Assembly: GCA_021463485.1 (NCBI GenBank)
Contig: JAJTYJ010000003.1
Coordinates: 88,380 to 152,379 of the forward strand
Direction: 5' to 3'
DNA length: 64,000 nt
From: a bacterium
GTDB taxonomy: Bacteria > Patescibacteriota > UBA1384 > 2-12-FULL-50-11
Part shown: one piece after another, positions 43,699-52,811 of the stretch
Position numbering within the stretch: the first letter of the stretch is position 1
Layout of the letters: each line of letters begins with the position of its first letter
Notes under the pieces: generated by a model
Told to the model about the DNA's origin: nothing
Database searches by the model: none
What the model saw: only the letters and a program-made list of their open reading frames with translations
Position numbers and translations under genes: made by a program

Positions 43699-44422
43699 AT
43701 TTAAACGAGACTTGCTGACGCAAGCCGGCAAATTAGCTGCCGCCATCCATCGCGAAGTCGCAAAAAAAATTCAGCCTGGCTTGAATCTTCTGGAGATAGA
43801 GCAGTATGTTGATGAACGAATTAGAAAAAGCGGAATGCTGCCAGCTTTTTACGGGTATAAAGGCTACAAATTCGCGACGTGTTTATCGGTAAACGAAGAG
43901 ATTGTCCACGGGCTACCGCACGACTACACCTTAGCAGCGGGTGACATTATTTCCGTTGATCTAGGGGTTAGCTGTAACGGCTGGATGGTTGATACAGCTC
44001 GAACGCACGCGGTTGGTAAAATTACGCCAAAACTACAACAGCTGTTAGCTAGTACAAACCAAGCACTCTCGGTAGCAATTAATGAAGCAAAAGTCGGTAA
44101 TACTGTCGGTGATATCGGCGCAGTTGTTGAGAAAACTGTTAAAGATGCCGGATTTTTCGTGGTTAAGGAATTGACTGGTCACGGTGTCGGGAAAACGCTC
44201 CAGGAACCGCCGACGGTGCCAAATTTCGGTCGCAAGGGGAGCGGAACGCAATTAAAAGTAGGTATGGTGATCGCAATTGAACCCATTACCTCTGTTGATC
44301 AAACTGATATCGCTGTCTTGTCAGACGGTTGGACAATCATCGCTCGCAACGGTTCGCCGTGCGCTCATTTTGAAGATACGGTTCTAATTACCGAAGACGG
44401 ACCCGTTGTCTTGACTGCATAA
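43691..44422 (+). CDS. map: Methionine aminopeptidase type I
   Basis: CLSVNEEIVHG, D..D, GHGVG, AIEP, HFEDT. Confidence 0.97.
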   Translation: MDKFKRDLLTQAGKLAAAIHREVAKKIQPGLNLLEIEQYVDERIRKSGMLPAFYGYKGYKFATCLSVNEEIVHGLPHDYTLAAGDIISVDLGVSCNGWMVDTARTHAVGKITPKLQQLLASTNQALSVAINEAKVGNTVGDIGAVVEKTVKDAGFFVVKELTGHGVGKTLQEPPTVPNFGRKGSGTQLKVGMVIAIEPITSVDQTDIAVLSDGWTIIARNGSPCAHFEDTVLITEDGPVVLTA

Positions 44423-44449
44423 GGGTAAATTAGGTATAATTTTTCCCAG

Positions 44450-44671
44450 ATGTCGGAAAAAGAAGGAGTAATTGCGCTTGATGGTCTCGTTGACGAGGCG
44501 CTGCCAAATACTCAGTTTCGCATCATACTCGATAACGGGCAGACCGTTACTGGTTACGTCTCGGGGAAAATTCGAAAACACAGGATTAAAATTTTACCCG
44601 GCGACAGAGTAACCGTAGAGTTAAGCCCGTACGATTTAGAAAAAGGAAGGATCACCAAGCGACTTACCTAA
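44450..44671 (+). CDS. infA: Translation initiation factor IF-1
   Basis: EALPN, SGKIR, ILPGDRV, SPYDL. Confidence 0.99.
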   Translation: MSEKEGVIALDGLVDEALPNTQFRIILDNGQTVTGYVSGKIRKHRIKILPGDRVTVELSPYDLEKGRITKRLT

Positions 44672-44693
44672 CTGGTAAATCGCAGACAATATC

Positions 44694-44807
44694 ATGAAAG
44701 TGCACGCAGGTGCGAAAAAGAGATGTCTCAAGTGTCGAATTGTCCGCCGCAAGGGGGTCGTTCGGGTGATCTGCGAAAATCCACGACATAAACAACGACA
44801 AGGATAA
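44694..44807 (+). CDS. rpmJ: 50S ribosomal protein L36
   Basis: [37 protein letters not shown]; below ORF-track cutoff. Confidence 0.98.
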   Translation: MKVHAGAKKRCLKCRIVRRKGVVRVICENPRHKQRQG

Positions 44808-44808
44808 T

Positions 44809-45195
44809 ATGCCAAGAATTGCCGGAGTAAATATACCAGACCATAAACGAGTCGAGATTGGCTTAACGTATGTTTTTGGAGTTGGTCCGAGTAATGTGAT
44901 GAATATTCTTGCGAAAGTTAAGGTAACTGGTAACCCGAAGTTTTCTGAACTTTCTCAAGAAACCGTCGATGCGATTCGTAATATTGTCGAGAAAGAAATG
45001 ACAGTCGAGGGCGACTTACGTCAGGTTGTTAATCAGAACATCCGCCGCCTAAAAGAAATCGCTTCGTATCGTGGCACCCGCCACGCTCGTAACTTACCAG
45101 TACGTGGTCAGCGAACTAAAACTAACAGCCGTACCAAACGCGGTAAACGCGTTACTGTCGGATCTGGTCGTAAGAAATCAGCAGCAAAGACATAA
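44809..45195 (+). CDS. rpsM: 30S ribosomal protein S13
   Basis: RIAGVNIP, LPVRGQRTKTN. Confidence 0.99.
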   Translation: MPRIAGVNIPDHKRVEIGLTYVFGVGPSNVMNILAKVKVTGNPKFSELSQETVDAIRNIVEKEMTVEGDLRQVVNQNIRRLKEIASYRGTRHARNLPVRGQRTKTNSRTKRGKRVTVGSGRKKSAAKT

Positions 45196-45199
45196 ACTA

Positions 45200-45595
45200 A
45201 TGGCAAAATCAACCAACAAAGCAGTTAAGAGCAAGCAAATTCAGCCAGTATCAGATATTCGTATCTCGATTTACTCTTCATTTAATAACACAATCATTAC
45301 CGCTAGCGCTTACCACACCGGAGAAGTACTATCTTGGACATCCTCAGGCAAGGTTGGATTTAAGGGTACGAAAAAAGGGACGCCGTACGCTGCTACTACA
45401 GCCATGAAACAACTTCTTGAGCAATTAGCCCCTTACAAGCCCGAAAACGCGTATATGTTTGTTTCCGGCGCAGGTAACGGCCGCGACGCAGCGCTACGAG
45501 CTCTCTCAGGCTCAGGCTTAAAAGTTAGTAAGATACAAGATGTAACACCGTTACCACATAACGGTTGCCGACCTAAAAAAGCGAGGAGAGTATGA
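45200..45595 (+). CDS. rpsK: 30S ribosomal protein S11
   Basis: SFNNTI, GTPYAA, DVTPLPHNGCRP; ATG at 45200. Confidence 0.98.
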   Translation: MAKSTNKAVKSKQIQPVSDIRISIYSSFNNTIITASAYHTGEVLSWTSSGKVGFKGTKKGTPYAATTAMKQLLEQLAPYKPENAYMFVSGAGNGRDAALRALSGSGLKVSKIQDVTPLPHNGCRPKKARRV

Positions 45596-46095
45596 GTACA
45601 GCCGCAAAACCAACCCAACAAAAAGCCCGACAGAAAAAAATCACAGAGTACGGTCAGCAGCTCATTGAAAAGCAGAAAACCCGACGCGCTTACGGTTTGC
45701 GTGAAGCGCAGTTTCGTCGCTACTTTACAGCTGCCACAAAATTCCGCGGGCAAACTGGTGTTGTTTTACTACAAAGTTTAGAGCGACGACTTGATAACGT
45801 GTTATTCCGAGCTGGTTTAACAAAATCTCGAGCTCAGGCTCGTCAAACAGTTAGCCACCGTCATGTATTACTTAATCGTCATCGCGTTAGCGTCCCATCA
45901 CAACAGGTAAACGTTGGCGATGTAATCGAATTTTACAAAAAAGGCGAGGTTACGTTTTACCCAGAAATCCCACAAGCCGACTGGCTTAAAGTTGACAAGA
46001 AAACTGGTCGAATCACAGTTGAGCGTCTACCAGAAGCTGCCGACTTACCGATTGAGTTTGATACCCAGAAAATTATTGAGTTCTACTCACGATAA
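45592..46095 (+). CDS. rpsD: 30S ribosomal protein S4 (N-terminally shortened)
   Basis: EYGQQLIEKQK, LERRLDNV, ARQTVSHRH, IIEFYSR. Confidence 0.97.
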   Translation: MSTAAKPTQQKARQKKITEYGQQLIEKQKTRRAYGLREAQFRRYFTAATKFRGQTGVVLLQSLERRLDNVLFRAGLTKSRAQARQTVSHRHVLLNRHRVSVPSQQVNVGDVIEFYKKGEVTFYPEIPQADWLKVDKKTGRITVERLPEAADLPIEFDTQKIIEFYSR

Positions 46096-46109
46096 TAGGG
46101 TGTAGGGAT

Positions 46110-46138
46110 TTGAACCATAAGATAAAAAACGATATAAT
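46110..46138 (+). promoter_or_regulatory. Internal promoter before rpoA
   Basis: TTGAAC-17-TATAAT then SD GGAGG. Confidence 0.6.
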
Positions 46139-46164
46139 AACTAGGCAAAATATTTGGAGGACGT

Positions 46165-46956
46165 ATGTCATATAAACTACCAGAAGTATCATTAATGCAG
46201 GTTAAACAAGAGCGCTCTGAAGGTAATTCAGCGACTTTTGTGATTGAACCGCTTTCCCCAGGCTTTGGCCTAACAATGGGTAACGCGCTTCGTCGTGTTT
46301 TGCTTTCGTCTCTCGAAGGCGCAGCGATCACTTCGATTCGGATAGACGGCGTAAGCCACGAATTCTCAACGATAAAAGGAGTTCGACAAGACGTTGTCGA
46401 CATTATCCTTAACCTTAAGCAAATCCGTTTACAACTTGACGGTGACGAACCTCAAGTTATTATTCTCGATGCCAAAGGATCCAAAAAAGTAAAAGCCGGC
46501 GATTTCAAATGCCCAACTGGCGTCAAAATTGTTAACAAAGATCTTGAAATTGCAGAGCTCACAGAAGGTGGCAAGATTTTACTTGAAGCAACTGTTGAAC
46601 GAGGTCGCGGATATCTCCCAACCGAACTTCGCAAAGAAGAAAAACTACCGATCGGCGTCATCGCCATCGATGCCGCGTTTTCTCCAGTTACACGAGTTAA
46701 TTTTCAAACAGAAAATACACGTGTTGGTAAGATGACGAACTTCGACAAACTCGTACTTGAGATTGATACTGACGGTACGATTACACCGCACCAAGCGCTC
46801 GAAAGCTCCTCAGCGATTTTAGTTGAGCATTTCTCAGTGGTTTCTGGTATTCCAGCTGCCGCTGTCGAACAAGCAGAGATCCCTGCAGAAGAAGTTAGCG
46901 CTGAGGAAGAAGAAAAACCAAAGGCGAAGCGCGCAACCAAAAAAGCCGCTAAGTAA
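46165..46956 (+). CDS. rpoA: RNA polymerase alpha subunit (NTD only)
   Basis: EPLSPGFGLTMGNALRRVLLSS, HEFSTI, ERGRGY. Confidence 0.98.
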   Translation: MSYKLPEVSLMQVKQERSEGNSATFVIEPLSPGFGLTMGNALRRVLLSSLEGAAITSIRIDGVSHEFSTIKGVRQDVVDIILNLKQIRLQLDGDEPQVIILDAKGSKKVKAGDFKCPTGVKIVNKDLEIAELTEGGKILLEATVERGRGYLPTELRKEEKLPIGVIAIDAAFSPVTRVNFQTENTRVGKMTNFDKLVLEIDTDGTITPHQALESSSAILVEHFSVVSGIPAAAVEQAEIPAEEVSAEEEEKPKAKRATKKAAK

Positions 46957-46958
46957 CT

Positions 46959-47372
46959 ATGAAACGAACGATCCGAGCACAAGCTGATTTCAAAAACACA
47001 CTGATGCGAAATCAGCTAACTTCGCTCGTATTGTTCGAATCTATTACCACCACAAAGGCCAAAGCCAAGGCAGTTCTACCGTTTATCAACTCTTTCTTCA
47101 ATAAGGTTCGCGTAGCTGATCTAACGGCTAAACGCCTGGCACATCAAACGTTGTTTGACAAAAATGCTGTTAAAAAAACTTTCGAGGAGATCTTACCTCG
47201 ATACAAGAAAGAAGAGACCACATTTGTTCGACCGTTCCGAATGATGCCACGTAAAGGTGACGCAGCTGAGATGGTTATGATCTCCTTAATCCGACCACTG
47301 GAAGTAAGGGCCGAGAAAGTAACAGCCACAAAAGCTAAAACAACGAAGGTAGCAACAAAGGAAGCTAAGTAA
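46959..47372 (+). CDS. rplQ: 50S ribosomal protein L17
   Basis: LMRNQLTSL, ITTTKAKAK, RKGDAAEM. Confidence 0.96.
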   Translation: MKRTIRAQADFKNTLMRNQLTSLVLFESITTTKAKAKAVLPFINSFFNKVRVADLTAKRLAHQTLFDKNAVKKTFEEILPRYKKEETTFVRPFRMMPRKGDAAEMVMISLIRPLEVRAEKVTATKAKTTKVATKEAK

Positions 47373-47743
47373 TGCAAAAAGTTGAACGAACGACACATCA
47401 GATCGACGCTTCAGGAAAAATTCTCGGACGCTTAGCGACAGAAATTGCTACATTGCTGCGCGGAAAAAACAAAGTTGGCTTCACATTTCACCAAGATCAC
47501 GGTGATCGTGTGGTTGTAGTTAACGCAGAAAAAATTCGCGTAACTGGTCGGAAAGAACAGCAAAAGATGTATTACCGTCACTCGACCTATCCAGGTGGAC
47601 TGCGAGAGATGAACTACGCCGAACTCAAGAAAACACACCCAGAGCGCATCATCGAATTGGCTGTAAGAACCATGCTGCCAGATAATCGACTACGCGATCA
47701 GTGGATGAAGCGTTTAACAGTAATTGTGGGAGAAAAGAAATAA
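47372..47743 (+). CDS. rplM: 50S ribosomal protein L13
   Basis: IDASGKILGRLA, LRGKNK, YYRHSTYPGG. Confidence 0.98.
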   Translation: MQKVERTTHQIDASGKILGRLATEIATLLRGKNKVGFTFHQDHGDRVVVVNAEKIRVTGRKEQQKMYYRHSTYPGGLREMNYAELKKTHPERIIELAVRTMLPDNRLRDQWMKRLTVIVGEKK

Positions 47744-48120
47744 TGGCAACAAAAACTAACTTTTTCGCCGGTGTTGGTCGCCGCAAGACCGCGGTTGCTC
47801 AAACTCGCTTAACTTCTGGTAACGGCACGTTTACTGTTAACGGTGTTGAGAAACCAGTTTTTCCGCAATTAGAGCGGTTACTCGAAACAGTTGATCGTAA
47901 GGGAAAAGTAAATATTTCGATCGTTGTCCGGGGTGGTGGTACCAGCGGCCAAACAGACGCGATCCTTCTAGGTGTCGCTCGAGCCTTGGTAGACCTTAAC
48001 GAAGACTTCCGATCTGGTCTACGAAAAGCTGGTTATCTAACCAGAGACGGTCGAATTAAAGAACGAAAGAAACCAGGCTTGAAAAAAGCACGTCGAGCTC
48101 CTCAGTGGGCAAAACGGTAA
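47743..48120 (+). CDS. rpsI: 30S ribosomal protein S9
   Basis: GRRKTAVA, GGGTSGQ, ERKKPGLKKARRAPQWAKR. Confidence 0.99.
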   Translation: MATKTNFFAGVGRRKTAVAQTRLTSGNGTFTVNGVEKPVFPQLERLLETVDRKGKVNISIVVRGGGTSGQTDAILLGVARALVDLNEDFRSGLRKAGYLTRDGRIKERKKPGLKKARRAPQWAKR

Positions 48121-48121
48121 G

Positions 48122-48148
48122 AAACTGCCCTTCGGGGCGGTTTTTTTT
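48122..48148 (+). terminator. Intrinsic terminator ending the ribosomal cluster
   Basis: CTGCCC-TTCG-GGGCGG plus T8. Confidence 0.88.
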
Positions 48149-48175
48149 GTCTAAAAACTCAGATAGGATACAGGT

Positions 48176-48877
48176 ATGAGCGCACTAGTAATTGATATCG
48201 AAACAGCCGGTGAGCCTTGGGAGAACATCGACGAACAAACTAAGAAAATTTTAATTAAACGAGCTGAGTACCAGCTACCAAAATCTGAGACATCTGCAGA
48301 AGAGTACGCTGAAGAAATGCTCGGCATCTCGCCGTTGACCGGTGAAATCGTTGCCTTAGGCCTGATCGATACGTCAACCAGTAAAGGCGCAGTTTATTAC
48401 CAGACACCCGGCAAAAAAGTGCCTGACGGTGAATATAGAGGATTAAAGCTTCACAGTTGTACCGAGAAAGAGATGTTGGAGCGATTTTGGGAATTGAGCG
48501 ATCGCTACACTCATTTTGTTACATATAGCGGTCGTTCTTTTGATATCCCGTATTTAATGATCCGCTCTGCGATTCACGGAATTAAACCGAAAAAAGATTT
48601 GATGCGTGGCCGTTATATCTATCAACAGTCACCGAGCGCGATTCACGTCGATTTATACGATCAGCTCACTTTCTACGGAGCAATGCGACTCGGCGGGTTA
48701 CACACGGTTTGCCGAGCCTTCGGTATTGAAAGTCCAAAATCCGACGAGATTGACGGCTCAAAAGTCAGCGAGTACTTCCGCAGCGGAAAGTATAAGGAAA
48801 TTGCTGAGTATAACGCCAGTGATCTGTTTGCAACTAAGGATTTGTATAACAAGTGGAAAGAGTTATTGGTGTTTTAA
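48176..48877 (+). CDS. Standalone DEDD 3'-5' exonuclease (PolB-exo/RNase H-like)
   Basis: DIET, YSGRSFDIPYL, HVDL, YNASD. Confidence 0.85.
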   Translation: MSALVIDIETAGEPWENIDEQTKKILIKRAEYQLPKSETSAEEYAEEMLGISPLTGEIVALGLIDTSTSKGAVYYQTPGKKVPDGEYRGLKLHSCTEKEMLERFWELSDRYTHFVTYSGRSFDIPYLMIRSAIHGIKPKKDLMRGRYIYQQSPSAIHVDLYDQLTFYGAMRLGGLHTVCRAFGIESPKSDEIDGSKVSEYFRSGKYKEIAEYNASDLFATKDLYNKWKELLVF

Positions 48878-49188
48878 TGAAACGTGATATCGAACAGAAA
48901 AATCAGTCGTATAAAAAAGCCCTCGGCAAAGTACTATTAAAAGTTTTTCCTGGGGAGTCGTTAATTGTCACAGATGTTTTACTGGATCCGTCGATGAAAC
49001 ACGGCAAAGTGTGGATTAAGGGTTCAACAGAGGGGATCGAACAAATTAATAAGAAAAAAGGTGATATCTCACAGGAGTTAAAGCGCTACGTTAATACCCG
49101 CTATATGCCAAGTCTTGAGTTTGTTCTCGACGACCGTTATCTCGATCATATCGACGAATTATTTTCGGAGGTAATAGATGAAAAGTAA
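48877..49188 (+). CDS. rbfA: Ribosome-binding factor A
   Basis: VTDVLLDPSMKHGKVW, RYMPSLEFVLD. Confidence 0.88.
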   Translation: MKRDIEQKNQSYKKALGKVLLKVFPGESLIVTDVLLDPSMKHGKVWIKGSTEGIEQINKKKGDISQELKRYVNTRYMPSLEFVLDDRYLDHIDELFSEVIDEK

Positions 49189-49552
49189 AATACTACTTTT
49201 TAGTCTGTTTTCGGTGACGCTGTTCGCTTTAGCGACAACAATTACTTTAGTATTCAACACCGCACCCGATTCACCGAAACTAATCGTCGGATTCTTTGCT
49301 TCGGTATTAGTAACAGTTTTTGGGCTTATTTACTTACTTATTTACGGTTTGCAGTACTGGCGGTATCGTTCTGTCGCGCCGTGGCAAGCGACGCTACTAA
49401 ATCTCAGATTATCGTTTATTGGTGCGATGACGTTCGTTGCCTTGTTACTAATGAGTGCCTATGAGATAGTAACGCCGGCAACAGCAATAATCGTGTTAAT
49501 TATTGCCGTGCTAACAGAACTAGTTTGGCGAAGGAGAACTGCAAAGATATGA
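49178..49552 (+). CDS. Hypothetical 4-TM membrane protein
   Basis: SD GGAGGT, four hydrophobic segments. Confidence 0.8.
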   Translation: MKSKILLFSLFSVTLFALATTITLVFNTAPDSPKLIVGFFASVLVTVFGLIYLLIYGLQYWRYRSVAPWQATLLNLRLSFIGAMTFVALLLMSAYEIVTPATAIIVLIIAVLTELVWRRRTAKI

Positions 49553-50232
49553 CTGGGCATCTACATCCGCTAACCGTTGTAACCGAAAAGATTGTTGAGT
49601 ACTTTAGGCCGTACGGATTTGAGGTGATAACTGGTCCTGAGATAGTAACAACCGAAGAAAACTTCGATGGTTTGAATATCCCTGCCGACCATCCTGCTCG
49701 AGCAGAGTTCGACACGTTCTATTTAAACGACGGTCGTAGCCTACGAGCGCATATGACATCTTTATATTTACGTACGATGAAGGACCGCCAGCCGCCAGTC
49801 CGCCTTCTATTTCCTGGGCGCTGCTTTCGTAACGAAGCTACCGATGCTACCCATAATCATACGTTTCACCAAATTGACGGGTTAGTAATTGATACAGAAA
49901 CAAATTTAGGCAACCTCATAGCTTCGTTAGAGGGACTACTGAAAAATTTAGTAGGGGAGTCGATCGAATTTCGGGTTCGAAATAGCTACTTCCCGTTTAC
50001 CGAGCCAAGTATCGAATTAGATATTAAACGAGCCGGTGGCGATTGGTTAGAGATGTTGGGTGCCGGCATGGTTAACCCGAACGTTATACGATATTACGGA
50101 CTCGACCCGGCCGTCTATCAAGGTTACGCTTTCGGGATTGGTCTGGAACGAATATTGAATGTTGCCGGTGGTGTTGACGATGTAAGAAATAACCTTAGCG
50201 GCGATTATCGTTATATCGGGCAAGTGAAATGA
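49549..50232 (+). CDS. pheS: Phenylalanine-tRNA ligase alpha subunit (catalytic core only)
   Basis: GHLHP, NFDGLNIPADHPAR, FRNE, YFPFTEPS, AFGIGLER. Confidence 0.95.
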   Translation: MTGHLHPLTVVTEKIVEYFRPYGFEVITGPEIVTTEENFDGLNIPADHPARAEFDTFYLNDGRSLRAHMTSLYLRTMKDRQPPVRLLFPGRCFRNEATDATHNHTFHQIDGLVIDTETNLGNLIASLEGLLKNLVGESIEFRVRNSYFPFTEPSIELDIKRAGGDWLEMLGAGMVNPNVIRYYGLDPAVYQGYAFGIGLERILNVAGGVDDVRNNLSGDYRYIGQVK

Positions 50233-51416
50233 AATACAACTACTCTGAATTCCAACATGCAATTAAGAATTTACAGTGGAGTAAACAAGAGCTAGCAGAC
50301 CGCCTAAGTGTTATTGGACACGAAACGGAAGTAACGGGTGAAGAACTGGATGTTACCGTAACCAGCAACAGAAAAGATTGTCAGAATTTTCAGTATTTAG
50401 TTTTTGATTTATGCGGCGTTACGGAAGAGCTAGAGCAATCTAATCCGCCGAGCGGCTACTCACACTCCAACGTAATCCCCGTTTCGATCGAACAGGTAAA
50501 TAGATTACTAGGATCCAACCTAGAACCGTCGGTACTTAAGAAACTCAAAAAACTCGGCTTTATTGTCGAAACAAACGGCGTTCGACCGCCAGATTTTAGA
50601 ACTGGTATCGAAACGGTTGCTGATATTGCTGAAGAGGTTCTACGAGTTGTCGGTTTTGAGGCTATCTCGATCAAAGAACTGTCAAAGACCAACATCAAAG
50701 TATCGCCAGACTACGAAAAGCAGTTAGCGATTAAGCAAAAATTAGCTGATATCGGTCTATTTGAGACACGAACATATTCGTTTGAATCGAGCGGGGATGT
50801 AGAGTTGAAAAATCCGTTTAGCGCCACTACGCCGTTTTTGCGCACATCGTTGATACAGGGCTTGCTCGTCACTGCCAGCAAAAATCCGTTTATGAAACGA
50901 GTTAGTTGTTTTGAGATCGGTAACGTCTTTAACCCAGACGAGCAGACTGTTTTAGGGATTCTCTTAACTGGGCAAAAAAATTACGATCACGTAATACAGC
51001 AAATAAACAAAGTGCTCGGAGTTACTATTACTTTTCAGCCGGTTGAAGACACTCTGCTGACGGCTTCAGGCGTCAAACAACCCAACCCAGTATCGGCTCA
51101 GCTGCCGATCGACAAAATTACAGAAGTAAAACTAACGAACAGACCGGTGGATCTGCCGCAATTTCAGCCTGTAAGCAAGTTTCCGCCGCTCGTTCGTGAC
51201 GTTACGCTTATCGACACAGAATTCGACGCATCAACGGCAGCGAAAATTTTTCCTGAGCTACTTTTTGTTGAGGAAATTGACAACTACGTAAGCCCCGAAA
51301 CAAACAAACAATCTGTTACGTACCGATTTCTCTTTCAGAAGTTTGAAAGCAGTTTTGTAGATGAGGAGATTCGATCGATCGATCAAAGGCTACTTAAGCA
51401 TTTCAACAACGAGTAA
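50229..51416 (+). CDS. pheT: Phenylalanine-tRNA ligase beta subunit (reduced, 395 aa)
   Basis: DVTVTSNRKD (B1), DIAEEVLRVVG (B5), LRTSLIQGLL, FEIGNVF, SKFPPLVRD (B8). Confidence 0.9.
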   Translation: MKYNYSEFQHAIKNLQWSKQELADRLSVIGHETEVTGEELDVTVTSNRKDCQNFQYLVFDLCGVTEELEQSNPPSGYSHSNVIPVSIEQVNRLLGSNLEPSVLKKLKKLGFIVETNGVRPPDFRTGIETVADIAEEVLRVVGFEAISIKELSKTNIKVSPDYEKQLAIKQKLADIGLFETRTYSFESSGDVELKNPFSATTPFLRTSLIQGLLVTASKNPFMKRVSCFEIGNVFNPDEQTVLGILLTGQKNYDHVIQQINKVLGVTITFQPVEDTLLTASGVKQPNPVSAQLPIDKITEVKLTNRPVDLPQFQPVSKFPPLVRDVTLIDTEFDASTAAKIFPELLFVEEIDNYVSPETNKQSVTYRFLFQKFESSFVDEEIRSIDQRLLKHFNNE

Positions 51417-51435
51417 TAACAGGTAAAATTTAGAC

Positions 51436-52809
51436 ATGGAACGAGCTCTAAGTAATCAAGTCAAAGACAAGGTCGGTCAAGTTGTAACGATTCGTGGCTG
51501 GGCAGAAACTGTGCGCAAACACGCAAAAGTTGTATTTATCGACGTTCGCGATCGAACTGGGTTAGTTCAGGTAGTTTGCACGGAAAAACTACTTGAGGTT
51601 GCGAACTCCATCTCTCCTGAATCGGTGGTTACAATTACCGGCACGGTTACCGAGCGCCCGCAATCACTGGTTAATGTTAACATCGTCAGCGGTACGGTCG
51701 AGCTTCAAGCAGACTCTATCACGGTTGAATCAGTCGCCAAAACGCTCCCGATGCCGTTAAACGATCGAGCTGTCAGCGAAGAAACACGATTAAAATACCG
51801 GTATTTAGACTTACGTTCGAAGAAAATGGCCGAAAATATCCGAATGCGTCATCAAATGAATCAGTTTTTGCGTGAGGAACTCACAAAACTTGATTTTGTT
51901 GAAGTGGAGACTCCGTATATCTCTAAGTCTACTCCAGAAGGGGCACGTGACTATCTTGTGCCAAGCCGGATTCAACCAGGCAATTTTTACGCGCTTCCGC
52001 AATCACCACAGCAATACAAACAGCTATTAATGGTCGCTGGGCTCGAGCGTTATTTCCAGATTGCCCGCTGTTTTCGCGACGAGGACGCACGTGGCGATCG
52101 CCAACCAGAATTCTCACAATTAGACCTCGAGCTAAGTTTTACTTCGCAAGAAGAGATTCTCCAAGTTACCGAGGACTTATTCTTAGGGCTTGTGAAAAAA
52201 TTCTTTCCGGAAAAAACCTTAACGTTCAACACGATACCGCGACTAACGTATAAAGAAGTAATGGAGAAGTACGGCACCGATAAGCCGGATTTGCGCCAAG
52301 ACAAAACAAATGACGACGAGCTAGCTTTCGCGTTTATTATTGATTTTCCGATGTTTGAGTGGAAGGAATCCGAAAAGCGTTTTGACGCAACGCACCACCC
52401 GTTCACAGCGCCAAAACCAGAATGGGAAGATAACTTTGAAAAACACCCAGAAGAAGCTTTAGCCCTCCAACACGACTTTGTTCTTAATGGGTCAGAGATT
52501 GCTGGCGGAAGCGTTCGAATTCACCGTGCTGACGTTTTGGAGCGTGTCTTCGAGTTCCTAGGACACAACAAAGAAAAGATTCGAGCTGATTTCGGGCATT
52601 TACTAGAAGCCTTCGAGTATGGAGTGCCGCCACACGGTGGTATCGCTCCCGGACTCGACCGAATTTACACAATCTTACTTAAAGAGAACTCTATCCGCGA
52701 CGTCATTGCATTTGCTAAAGCCGGCGATGGTCGCGATCTGATGATGAACGCACCGAGCCCAGTAGATGACGCACAACTAAAGGAACTTGGTCTAAAGAAA
52801 ATCGGTTAG
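51436..52809 (+). CDS. aspS: Aspartate-tRNA ligase (no GAD domain; probably non-discriminating)
   Basis: RLKYRYLDLR, TPEGARDY, LPQSPQQYKQLLM, FRDED, PPHGG. Confidence 0.97.
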   Translation: MERALSNQVKDKVGQVVTIRGWAETVRKHAKVVFIDVRDRTGLVQVVCTEKLLEVANSISPESVVTITGTVTERPQSLVNVNIVSGTVELQADSITVESVAKTLPMPLNDRAVSEETRLKYRYLDLRSKKMAENIRMRHQMNQFLREELTKLDFVEVETPYISKSTPEGARDYLVPSRIQPGNFYALPQSPQQYKQLLMVAGLERYFQIARCFRDEDARGDRQPEFSQLDLELSFTSQEEILQVTEDLFLGLVKKFFPEKTLTFNTIPRLTYKEVMEKYGTDKPDLRQDKTNDDELAFAFIIDFPMFEWKESEKRFDATHHPFTAPKPEWEDNFEKHPEEALALQHDFVLNGSEIAGGSVRIHRADVLERVFEFLGHNKEKIRADFGHLLEAFEYGVPPHGGIAPGLDRIYTILLKENSIRDVIAFAKAGDGRDLMMNAPSPVDDAQLKELGLKKIG

Positions 52810-52811
52810 CG

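Noticed and set aside
45071-45199. Long N-terminal extension of S11
   Set aside because: Overlaps rpsM; ATG 45200 gives a normal S11
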